NCBI GenBank assembly: GCA_041821245.1
Contig: JBGUEP010000001.1
Span: 78,854-142,853, forward strand
DNA length: 64,000 nt
Source of the DNA: Prolixibacteraceae bacterium
GTDB taxonomy: Bacteria; Bacteroidota; Bacteroidia; Bacteroidales; Prolixibacteraceae
Direction of reading: 5' to 3'
The translations under genes were made by a program, and so were the position numbers. Every line of letters starts with the position of its first letter. Position 1 is the stretch's first letter. The notes under the pieces were generated by a model. The model ran no database searches, was not told the DNA's origin, and saw only the letters and a list, made by a program, of their open reading frames with translations. This document shows, piece after piece, positions 10,136 to 18,726 of the stretch.

Positions 10136-11752
10136 ATGAAACGCAGAAGTTTTTTTAAAACAGCCGCTCTTGGTAGCAGTATTGCAGTGATTTCGCCTTT
10201 GGCTGCCTGCTCTCCGGAGGAAAATCAGACCAATGTTATTTCCTTTGTTGATTTTGATTTAAATGAAATAACTGTTCTTCAGTTGCAGAAAATGATGAAG
10301 AACGAAGAGATCACTTCAGTTAAAATTGTTCAAAAATATTTGAAGCGAATAGCCGAAGTCGACCCGTATTTAAAGGCAATGATTGAAATAAATCCGGATG
10401 CAGAAACTATAGCTGCCCATATGGACGAAGAACGCAGAGCTGGAAAAGTGCGTGGCCCATTGCACGGAATCCCTATTGTGATTAAGGATAACATCGACTC
10501 AGGTGATAAAATGATGACTACAGCCGGATCAATGGCCTTGAATGGTTTTAAGGCGGAAAATGATGCTTTTATCGTTTCCAAACTTCGCGAAGCAGGGGCT
10601 GTTCTCTTAGGTAAAACAAATTTAAGCGAGTGGGCCAACATTCGTTCTACCAATTCAAGTAGTGGTTGGAGCGGGCGAGGTGGTCAGGTTCGCAATCCAT
10701 ATGTATTGGATCGAACTCCCTGCGGATCAAGTGCCGGAACGGGTGCAGCCATAGCTGCTAATTTATGTACCATCGGAATTGGTACCGAAACCGATGGGTC
10801 CATTGTTTGTCCTTCGGGGACCAACGGGATTGTAGGAATTAAACCTACATTGGGAAGTTGGTCACGTCACGGGATCATTCCTATATCTCATAGTCAGGAT
10901 ACCGCAGGACCAATGGCCCGAACCGTTGCCGACGCAGCAATTCTTCTGGGCGCACTTTCGGCACCTCACAATTACGACGAAGCCACCTTGGATTCCAATC
11001 GATTGAATATTACGGACTATACTCAGTTTTTGGATCCTGATGGGTTAAAAGGAAAGAGGATTGGCATTGCCCGTCAGCTTTTTGGATTTAATGCTCAGGT
11101 GGACGAACAGCTCAATAAGTCGCTGGAAATACTAAAAAAACAGGGAGCAGTGCTGGTCGATGATCTTGAATTTAAGGAGCGCAGCGAGTGGAACAATGCC
11201 GAATGGGAAGTGCTGTTATATGAACTCAAAGCCGACCTGAACAACTACCTGGCAGAGCATCCCAATGCACCGGTAAAAACACTCGAAGAAATTATTCAGT
11301 ATAACATTGAGCATGCCGACGTGGAGATGCCCTGGTTTGGACAGGAAATTTTTGTCGAGGCTCAGCAGAAAGGTGATTTGAACGAAGAAGAATACCTTAG
11401 TGCATTAAAAACTTCAAAAGAGTTGAGTCGGAATGCCATAAATAAAACCATGGATGAAAATCAACTTGATGCCATTATAGCTCCGACCAACGGTCCGGCA
11501 TGGACCATCGATTGGGTGAACGGGGATAATTATGGTGGTGGAAGTTCTGATTTTGCTGCCATTTCAGGTTATCCAAATATTACGGTGCCTGCCGGTTATG
11601 TGCATGAAATCCCCCTTGGTCTGTCCTTTTTCGGAAGGGCTTGGAGCGAACCGGTGCTCATTGAAATTGCTTATGCCTATGAACAAGCTTCTAAATTCAG
11701 AAAATCACCGAAGTTCATTTCGTCATTGCTTGCTTATACAGCTGATGAGTAA
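10136..11752 (+). CDS. Amidase (amidase-signature family), secreted/lipoprotein
   Basis: Tat/lipobox-like N-terminus (MKRRSFFKTAALGSSIAVISPLAACS). Amidase-signature region GKTNLSEW...PCGSSAGTGAAIAANLCTIGIGTETDGSIVCPS with the Ser-cisSer-Lys context. Confidence 0.8.
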   Translation: MKRRSFFKTAALGSSIAVISPLAACSPEENQTNVISFVDFDLNEITVLQLQKMMKNEEITSVKIVQKYLKRIAEVDPYLKAMIEINPDAETIAAHMDEERRAGKVRGPLHGIPIVIKDNIDSGDKMMTTAGSMALNGFKAENDAFIVSKLREAGAVLLGKTNLSEWANIRSTNSSSGWSGRGGQVRNPYVLDRTPCGSSAGTGAAIAANLCTIGIGTETDGSIVCPSGTNGIVGIKPTLGSWSRHGIIPISHSQDTAGPMARTVADAAILLGALSAPHNYDEATLDSNRLNITDYTQFLDPDGLKGKRIGIARQLFGFNAQVDEQLNKSLEILKKQGAVLVDDLEFKERSEWNNAEWEVLLYELKADLNNYLAEHPNAPVKTLEEIIQYNIEHADVEMPWFGQEIFVEAQQKGDLNEEEYLSALKTSKELSRNAINKTMDENQLDAIIAPTNGPAWTIDWVNGDNYGGGSSDFAAISGYPNITVPAGYVHEIPLGLSFFGRAWSEPVLIEIAYAYEQASKFRKSPKFISSLLAYTADE

Positions 11753-11899
11753 TAGCGAATAATATTTTTTAAGGCTATAATTTAAACTGCAAGATATGTT
11801 GGTTGAAGTTTTTTATTCGCAGTAGCTCGCTATTCCTTAAAAAAATGCCTTGTATATCAGGTTTTTATTTCAATCTGAATTCGAAAATTTAAATCGAAC

Positions 11900-12295
11900 T
11901 CAGCTTAGTAAGTGAAGGCCTTCGATATTTACTTTACTAAAGGCATTCCAGGTAAGCTCAGTGCAATAAATTTCATTGTTGTTGTGCTGAAAAACTTGAA
12001 AGCCATACTTTAAAAGTATTTCTGAAGACTTTGCAGAAATAAACAATTCATACCCCAATTCCCAGGCAAGCATGGTAGCTTGTTTGATGAATTGTTGTGC
12101 GACTATTTCTTCCTCAATATTGAGGTTCTGAAGAATCGCCACCTTGATTCCTTCAAAAGTATATCCTGCAAATTCAAGCTCATAGTTTGAAGACTCGTTT
12201 TGTAAAATGTATTTCGCTCCTTGATTTTTAAATTGAGACAAACTTTCTTCAACCATTATATTAATGTTGCCGTTATACAATGCTGCATTTTTCAT
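11900..12295 (-). CDS. Hypothetical protein
   Basis: 131-aa ORF in a gap between the amidase and the AraC-family gene. No recognisable motifs. Confidence 0.3.
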   Translation of the reverse strand: MKNAALYNGNINIMVEESLSQFKNQGAKYILQNESSNYELEFAGYTFEGIKVAILQNLNIEEEIVAQQFIKQATMLAWELGYELFISAKSSEILLKYGFQVFQHNNNEIYCTELTWNAFSKVNIEGLHLLS

Positions 12296-12418
12296 CTTCT
12301 GCTATGTTTAATTCGAGATCAAAGCTATGAGGAAGACACACGCGCGTCGTCCCACTTTTCGAAAGTGAGCCCAATACACGCAAAAATAGGTGTCAATTTA
12401 ATGAAACTGCCCGGAATG

Positions 12419-13573
12419 TTAGGCGTTTTTTCGAAATTCGCCGGGTGTTGTTCCTGTGTATTCCTTAAAAATTCGGTTAAACGAAGCTTTAGAGTTGAAC
12501 CCACATTCGTAAGCAATGGCTAAAATGGTGTAGTGTTGGTAGTGAGGTAAATTCGCAATTTCTTTGAAATAATTCACCCGATAACGGTTTACAAATTCGA
12601 AGAAATTCATTCCAAAATCGCGGTGGATCACCTTGGATAGTTGATGTGGTGGAATACTGGTTTCATTGGTCAAATCGTGAAGGCTTAAACTTTGATTCAG
12701 AAATAGCTTGCGGTCACTCATAATTGACTCCAACATTTTCCCTTCTTCTGATTTTTTTTGAGTGTTAAAGCTGTTGGCTTGACTTTCGATTACAAGGCTT
12801 TCCTTTTCTGCAGTTTCTAAAAATCCGTTTTCGTAGCTAAAAATAGTCCCCTGTTGCCAACCCCAATATCCTAAAAAAAAGATAAAAACGACCAGCAAGC
12901 TATAGAAAACGAAATCGCTTAGGTAAAGTGGTGTTCCGATAAAATAGAATACAATTGCCAAAGTTATCACAATTGCATAAATGATTGAAAAAGTAATGAG
13001 TAGCTTCCACAACCAATAAAGATCAATATTATCGCGGTAAGAGAATAGTTGCAGTACTTTACGTTTATGTTTTCTCAATTTGATAAAAGATAAACCCAGA
13101 TATATTTCAAGGCACGATAAGATTCCAATAAAAGCGCCCCAAATTTTCAATGGCATAGCTAAATTGGCTTGAAAAAGTTGGACTCTTTCTTTGTGGGTGA
13201 GTGAAATTAAAACCACAATAAAATATATGGTTAATATAAACGCAGGAAGGAAATTCCGAAAAATTCGTTTTCTTGGACATCTTTCGCCGGTAATTAAAAT
13301 AATGTAATTGAAAAGAAATATGGCGTGATAGGCCATGAGAATACTTTCATAACCGGCCAATCTGAGCGTTTTCGATTCATCCATTAAATAGAAAAATGGA
13401 ATAAAAAGTTGTGCTGAAAGTACCAGCAACCAAATGCCCAGCATAACATCGGCCCGTGAGCGTTTTGCTTTTTTGAAAATCAAAATGGAAAAGAAGACAG
13501 CGTTCACTGCTCCCAATAAATAGATAAATCTAAAAAACTGAGCGTATTCCATTTTTGTTAGTTTGACCTTCAA
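12419..13573 (-). CDS. Membrane-anchored AraC-family transcriptional regulator (multi-TM N-terminal domain plus C-terminal HTH)
   Basis: About 260 aa of hydrophobic helices, then an AraC HTH (LHDLTNETSIPPHQLSKVIHRDFGMNFFEFVNRYRVNYFKEI...GFNSKASFNRIFKEYTGTTPGEFRKN). Confidence 0.75.
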   Translation of the reverse strand: MKVKLTKMEYAQFFRFIYLLGAVNAVFFSILIFKKAKRSRADVMLGIWLLVLSAQLFIPFFYLMDESKTLRLAGYESILMAYHAIFLFNYIILITGERCPRKRIFRNFLPAFILTIYFIVVLISLTHKERVQLFQANLAMPLKIWGAFIGILSCLEIYLGLSFIKLRKHKRKVLQLFSYRDNIDLYWLWKLLITFSIIYAIVITLAIVFYFIGTPLYLSDFVFYSLLVVFIFFLGYWGWQQGTIFSYENGFLETAEKESLVIESQANSFNTQKKSEEGKMLESIMSDRKLFLNQSLSLHDLTNETSIPPHQLSKVIHRDFGMNFFEFVNRYRVNYFKEIANLPHYQHYTILAIAYECGFNSKASFNRIFKEYTGTTPGEFRKNA

Positions 13574-13649
13574 ATGTAATAGAAAACTTTTTTAAACGGG
13601 AAAAGTAAGGGTAAAACACTGAATAGGCATCTATATTGTAAAGTTGTAA

Positions 13650-16574
13650 ATGAATGCCCGAAATATTTTAGTTATTTTGGCACAACTAAACTTGAAAACC
13701 TGCGTATTGATGTTGCTTAAATTCACTACAAAATTCATTCTCCTGATGTTTGTTCTTGTTGGGATGCAAGAGCCATTATTGTCGCAAAATCCCGAAGAAT
13801 TTTCAAAAGTAATCTTTAGTCATAAAGCAGGATTTTATGACCAGGTTTTCTCTTTAACCTTGAGTACCCCCGACCAGAAATACGACATTCTTTATACCAT
13901 TGATGGAAGTAATCCTCAGAATTCTTCAACAGTAAAGAATGGGGGAAAGAGCACTTCGATAAATATCAATCCAACTTCTGGCACAGGCAGGCCTCGTACC
14001 CCTTGTTATTTGGTGCGGGCCTCACTGAAAAAACCGGGCGAAACCACATTGCTGCCAACGTCCCGAACTTTTATCTTTTTACCTGAAGTGGTGAATCAGA
14101 AAGCTCCGGGCGGTGGATGGCCCACAAGCAATGTAAATGGCCAGATTATCGACATGGAAATGGACGCTAAGGTGACCAATAGTAGCGCCTACCAATGGCA
14201 AATGGAAGATGCACTGAAGGCCATTCCATCCATTTCAATTGTTAGCGACATTGATGGCTTGTTTGGTTCGGCCAAAGGAATTTATGTGAATGCCGATCGT
14301 CATGGAGAAGAGTGGGAGCGCTTTTGTTCGGTGGAATTAATTGATCCGAAGCAAGAAAATGAATTTAATGTCAATGCAGGACTTCGTATTCGGGGAGGGT
14401 GGAGTCGTCACGATAATTATCCAAAGCATGCCTTTCGTTTGTTTTTTAATGCCAATTATGGCTATTCGAAATTGAATTTTCCCTTATTCGACGATGAAGG
14501 AGTTGATCAGTTCGACAAAATTGATTTGAGAACTGCAGAGAATTATGGATGGAACAACGGCCAAGATCACAACACTTTTGTTCGCGAAGTTTTTTCAAGA
14601 GATTCGCAACGCGATATGGGACAACCCTATACCCGCAGTCGTTACTATCATTTGTATCTGAATGGGATGTATTGGGGGCTTTATCAAACTCAGGAACGTT
14701 CCGAAGCACGTTATGCTGCTGATTATTTTGGAGGTAGCGACGAAGATTACGATGTAGTTAAAGTAAACACTGAAGATTTTAATTACCGTGTTGAAGCAAC
14801 AGACGGTAATCTGGATAGCTGGGAAACCGTCTGGAATTATTGCAAAACAGATTTAGGAAACGATAGATTTTATTTTGAGCTGGAAGGAAAAAATAGTAGT
14901 GGCAAAGTGGCACCCGGAAAACAGAAATGGGTCGACATTGACAACCTGATCGATTATATGATGACCATTTTTTATACCGGCAATTTCGATGCACCTACTA
15001 CCGCTTTTGGTGGGAATCAGGGACCAAATAATTTTTATGCCATCAATAAGCGCGATGATAAAACCAAATGTTTTGTATTCTTTGCCCACGATGCAGAACA
15101 CAGTATGATGATTGATCCCATATCGCCTGGAATTGGTATTCAGGAAAACAGGGTGGAAATTTCCAACATGAGGGTGAATGGTTTCTCTGCTTTTCATCCG
15201 CAATGGCTTCATGAAAAATTGACAGCGAATGTGGAATACCGTCAACGTTTTGCCGACAGAGCTTACATGCATTTGTTTAACGATGGGGTGTTTACTTCCG
15301 AAAATGCGGAAGCTCGTTTTGTAAAGCGGGCTAAAGAAATTGATGTGGCAATTATCGCCGAATCGGCACGCTGGGGCGATACTTTTCGGGACGTGGCGCA
15401 CACCCGTGACGACGATTGGTTGCCTGAAATAGATAACATGAAATATTACTTCTTTCCTTATCGAACCGACATTGTAATTGATCAGTTGATTGAAGCGAAC
15501 TTATTAACTTATCTCGTTCCTCCAAAATTTACGGTGGATGGAAAAACGTTGTTCACACGTAAAAAGCAGTTTGATAATACCACCAAAGTGGTGATTTCTT
15601 CAACAAATACAAAAGGTGATATTTACATGACTACCGATGGAACCGACCCTCGTGAAATAGGAGGAAAAGTAAGTTCTACTGCACATTTGGTTGAAAATGG
15701 GAAAGAGTTTAATTTAATTGAAACCGCCTGGTTTAAAACGAGGGTGAAAAATGGAAATGAATGGAGTCCCTTACGCGAAGTGAAATTTGTGCTGGGCTGG
15801 GAAAATTATTTTAATTTAACAGCTACAGAATTAAATTACCATCCGCTCGATTCTATCATTGGAGGCGATACGGTTTCGGAAAGTAAATTTGAATTTATTG
15901 AAATAAAAAATATTGGGTCGCATCCTGTAGAGCTCTCAAGGTTGAAATTTAATTCGGCCATTGAATTTCATTTTGGACCGAAAGAAATGCTTGCACCCGG
16001 AAAATTTTATGTTATTGCGGCTTCTTCAAAATGGTTTTTTGAACGTTATGGCAAGCTGCCTTCTGATGTCTACAAAAAATCATTTTCGAATTCGGGAGAA
16101 CTGGTCAGTATCATTTCGGACAATAACCGGGAGGTGATATCTTTTCAGTATTCCGATCAGCCGCCCTGGCCAAGTGAAGCCGATGGTGAGGGGGGATCGC
16201 TTACCTGCAAAAGTGTATATCCGCTGGATGATCCCAATAATGCCGATTATTGGAAAAATGCGACATTTGTTCATGGTTCTCCTTTTTACGACGATATGGG
16301 CTGGAAGTTGGATGTGGAAGAAGCAATAGATTTGGACCAGGTGGTGAAGGTATTTCCTAATCCAACGGCCGATTTCCTATTTGTGAAACTTACCGATGAA
16401 AAAGCACTATTACTGGAATTGTATACTATATCGGGTCGTTTGATTCATCAGCAACGTTTGTTTCAGGATACCATGTTCGATTTGAATGAACTAAACGTGA
16501 AACCTGGTTTATTATTGATAAAACTATCGGAAAATGGGAGTTCTATGGTAAAGAAGATAGTGTATCAACCATAA
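13650..16574 (+). CDS. CotH-family (spore-coat-protein-H-like atypical kinase fold) secreted protein with a lamin-tail domain and T9SS C-terminal sorting domain
   Basis: Possible start at ATG 13710 (MLLKFTTKFILLMFVLVG). CotH-like core (IYVNADRHGEEWERFCSVELID...GLRIRGGWSRHDNYPKHAFRLFFN...YHLYLNGMYWGLYQTQER). LTD (FEFIEIKNIGSHPVELSRLKF). C-terminal VFPNPTADFLFVKL...GLLLIKL sorting-domain pattern. Confidence 0.7.
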   Translation: MNARNILVILAQLNLKTCVLMLLKFTTKFILLMFVLVGMQEPLLSQNPEEFSKVIFSHKAGFYDQVFSLTLSTPDQKYDILYTIDGSNPQNSSTVKNGGKSTSININPTSGTGRPRTPCYLVRASLKKPGETTLLPTSRTFIFLPEVVNQKAPGGGWPTSNVNGQIIDMEMDAKVTNSSAYQWQMEDALKAIPSISIVSDIDGLFGSAKGIYVNADRHGEEWERFCSVELIDPKQENEFNVNAGLRIRGGWSRHDNYPKHAFRLFFNANYGYSKLNFPLFDDEGVDQFDKIDLRTAENYGWNNGQDHNTFVREVFSRDSQRDMGQPYTRSRYYHLYLNGMYWGLYQTQERSEARYAADYFGGSDEDYDVVKVNTEDFNYRVEATDGNLDSWETVWNYCKTDLGNDRFYFELEGKNSSGKVAPGKQKWVDIDNLIDYMMTIFYTGNFDAPTTAFGGNQGPNNFYAINKRDDKTKCFVFFAHDAEHSMMIDPISPGIGIQENRVEISNMRVNGFSAFHPQWLHEKLTANVEYRQRFADRAYMHLFNDGVFTSENAEARFVKRAKEIDVAIIAESARWGDTFRDVAHTRDDDWLPEIDNMKYYFFPYRTDIVIDQLIEANLLTYLVPPKFTVDGKTLFTRKKQFDNTTKVVISSTNTKGDIYMTTDGTDPREIGGKVSSTAHLVENGKEFNLIETAWFKTRVKNGNEWSPLREVKFVLGWENYFNLTATELNYHPLDSIIGGDTVSESKFEFIEIKNIGSHPVELSRLKFNSAIEFHFGPKEMLAPGKFYVIAASSKWFFERYGKLPSDVYKKSFSNSGELVSIISDNNREVISFQYSDQPPWPSEADGEGGSLTCKSVYPLDDPNNADYWKNATFVHGSPFYDDMGWKLDVEEAIDLDQVVKVFPNPTADFLFVKLTDEKALLLELYTISGRLIHQQRLFQDTMFDLNELNVKPGLLLIKLSENGSSMVKKIVYQP

Positions 16575-16579
16575 ATAAT

Positions 16580-17593
16580 TTACTTTAAACTTACATCGGA
16601 ATAATCGATCACTACATCGTGGTAACGTTCTGCAATGACATCCAAAATCCGAATTACGTCGTTGTAGCTTTCGGAACGAAGCAGTTCAATTCTGAGTTCC
16701 CTGAAGTTAGGTAGGGAAGGAAAGTATTTGGCAAAGTGACGACGCATTTCAAATATGGCCCGGGTAGTATCGTCTTTCCATTCCGCGGCTATATTAAGCT
16801 GATCTTTTACGTTTTGAATCACTTCAGGCACCGTAGGAGGAGGTAAAATTTCTCCGGTTTCAAAATAATGTTTGATCTCTTTAAAGATCCAGGGGCGACC
16901 AATTGCCCCACGGCCAATCATCAAAGCATCTACTCCGGTTTGTTCATAAAACTGTTTCGCCTTGAGGGGACCGTTAATGTCGCCGTTGCCAATTATAGGG
17001 ATGTGCATCCGGGGATTGTTTTTGACGTCACCAATTAAAGTCCAATCTGCTTCTCCTGTATAAAGTTGAGCACGGGTACGTCCATGAATAGCCAATGCTT
17101 TTATGCCAACATCTTGCAATCGTTCAGCAACATCAACAATTTGTTTGGAGTTTTCGTCCCAGCCCAATCGTGTTTTTGCCGTTACCGGAAGGTTGACTGC
17201 ATTTACGATTTGTCGGGTCATTTCCACCATGTTAGGTACATCGCGTAACATACCAGCCCCGGCTCCTTTTTTCACAATTTTTTTCATGGGGCAACCAAAG
17301 TTGATGTCGATAAAATCGGGTTGAAATTCTTCAGCAACCTTGGCCGCTTGCACCATCGATTCGATGTTATGTCCAAAAATTTGAATGGCCACCGGACGGT
17401 CAAAATCGAACAAGGTCATTTTTATCTTTGTTTTTTTCACATCGCGAATGAGTGCTTCGCTCGATACAAATTCGGTATACATAACATCGGCTCCGTACTT
17501 TTTGCACATGTACCGGAACGATTTGTAGGTTACGTCTTCCATGGGAGCCAGGAAGAGGGGCAGTTTGCCTAAATCAATGTTGCCTATTTGCAT
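16580..17593 (-). CDS. dusB: tRNA-dihydrouridine synthase (Dus family)
   Basis: LAPMEDVTYKSFRYMCKKYGADVMYTEFVSSEAL...PVAIQIFG...DINFGCP...HGRTR are classical Dus motifs. The likely start is the internal Met (CAT 17591-17593, MQIGNIDLGK). Confidence 0.85.
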   Translation of the reverse strand: MQIGNIDLGKLPLFLAPMEDVTYKSFRYMCKKYGADVMYTEFVSSEALIRDVKKTKIKMTLFDFDRPVAIQIFGHNIESMVQAAKVAEEFQPDFIDINFGCPMKKIVKKGAGAGMLRDVPNMVEMTRQIVNAVNLPVTAKTRLGWDENSKQIVDVAERLQDVGIKALAIHGRTRAQLYTGEADWTLIGDVKNNPRMHIPIIGNGDINGPLKAKQFYEQTGVDALMIGRGAIGRPWIFKEIKHYFETGEILPPPTVPEVIQNVKDQLNIAAEWKDDTTRAIFEMRRHFAKYFPSLPNFRELRIELLRSESYNDVIRILDVIAERYHDVVIDYSDVSLK

Positions 17594-17793
17594 GGCGCAA
17601 AAATAAGGAAAATTACGAAGTGCCAATACCTTCTTTTTAATGTGTGATCTTGATTAGAAAATGCCCTCTTTTTTAGGGAAATAGAAAATTTGGTAAGTGA
17701 ACGATATGTAATTATGTTGAACCAGCTATTCGTTCAACATGAAGTTTATGATATTATTATTTATATTTACACCAGATTTTAATAATCCCTAAA

Positions 17794-18726
17794 ATGAAAC
17801 CTAAGCAACCTAAAATGCACCTACTGCCATTGCTTGTATTTGGTAGTTTACTTCTATCCGGTTGTCTCAAACTAGTTACCGATGAGTTTCCTAAGATGGA
17901 ACCTATTCCCACTGTGAATGCCTATTTAAGAACCGGTGATACCTTAAAACTTCACCTGTCACTTGCAGGAACAATTGACACTTCTGAAATAAAAAATGTT
18001 AACAATGCTGACGTGCAGCTTTTGGTGAACGGAAATTTTATTGAGAAGATGGCATACCTGAGTGAAGGAAATTATACTTCCCATGTACTTATCGAATCTG
18101 GTAAAGAATACGAATGCATTATTACCATACCAGGACTCGACACGGTTCGTTGCAAACAATACATTCCGAAAGTGAGCCCCATTATCAATATTGAGCACAT
18201 CGATACTTCTGGATTTGATGAAGAGGGCCATCCGTATGCTGCTTTCGAGTTGACCTTTTCAAATGACCAGGATCTGGACAATTACTATGAATTGGTATTG
18301 TATAAATTGAGTTTAGATCGGGAAACCAATGCATACACCAGCTATTGGTCCAGTTGGATGATTCAGGTTGAAGATCCCGTGTTTTTGAATGAAGGGATTG
18401 AAAAACCTGTTTTTTCAGATGAGCTGATTTCCGATTCAACTTACACCATTCATTACAACTACTATCGTCATTTCAATACATGGAAATGCGGTGATAATGG
18501 TTGCACCGCTTACAGTCAGCCCGAAATCGTTGAACTCCGATCGGTAAGTGAAGCCTACTACCTGTACAAAAAACAACTCGATTTGTATGAACTGGGCCGG
18601 TATACAGGTTTTGAGGGTACACTGGCTACCTTCCCCTTGTATTCCAACATTGAAAATGGCTATGGAATATTTGCTGGTTATTCTTTTGCACAAACCGATA
18701 CAATAATTGCGAGCTATGTTGAATAA
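17794..18726 (+). CDS. DUF4249-like lipoprotein (partner of the downstream TonB-dependent receptor)
   Basis: Lipoprotein signal (MHLLPLLVFGSLLLSGC). The size and position immediately upstream of, and overlapping, a CarbopepD_reg-type TonB-dependent receptor match the DUF4249/TBDR pairs common in Bacteroidota. Confidence 0.45.
   Translation: MKPKQPKMHLLPLLVFGSLLLSGCLKLVTDEFPKMEPIPTVNAYLRTGDTLKLHLSLAGTIDTSEIKNVNNADVQLLVNGNFIEKMAYLSEGNYTSHVLIESGKEYECIITIPGLDTVRCKQYIPKVSPIINIEHIDTSGFDEEGHPYAAFELTFSNDQDLDNYYELVLYKLSLDRETNAYTSYWSSWMIQVEDPVFLNEGIEKPVFSDELISDSTYTIHYNYYRHFNTWKCGDNGCTAYSQPEIVELRSVSEAYYLYKKQLDLYELGRYTGFEGTLATFPLYSNIENGYGIFAGYSFAQTDTIIASYVE

Noticed and set aside
11753-11899. Imperfect inverted repeat (gcgaataa ... 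ttattcgc) downstream of the amidase gene
   Set aside because: The arms are short (8-9 bp) and separated by about 50 nt, and no T-tract follows. This is not convincing as a terminator.
14446-15401. Minus-strand ORFs (87, 71 and 182 aa) antisense to the CotH-family gene
   Set aside because: Antisense to a strongly supported CDS. The products are low-complexity (Cys/Arg/His-rich), so they are treated as spurious.
17066-18693. Small ORFs antisense to the dus gene and to the DUF4249 gene
   Set aside because: Nested or antisense within supported genes, with no recognisable features.
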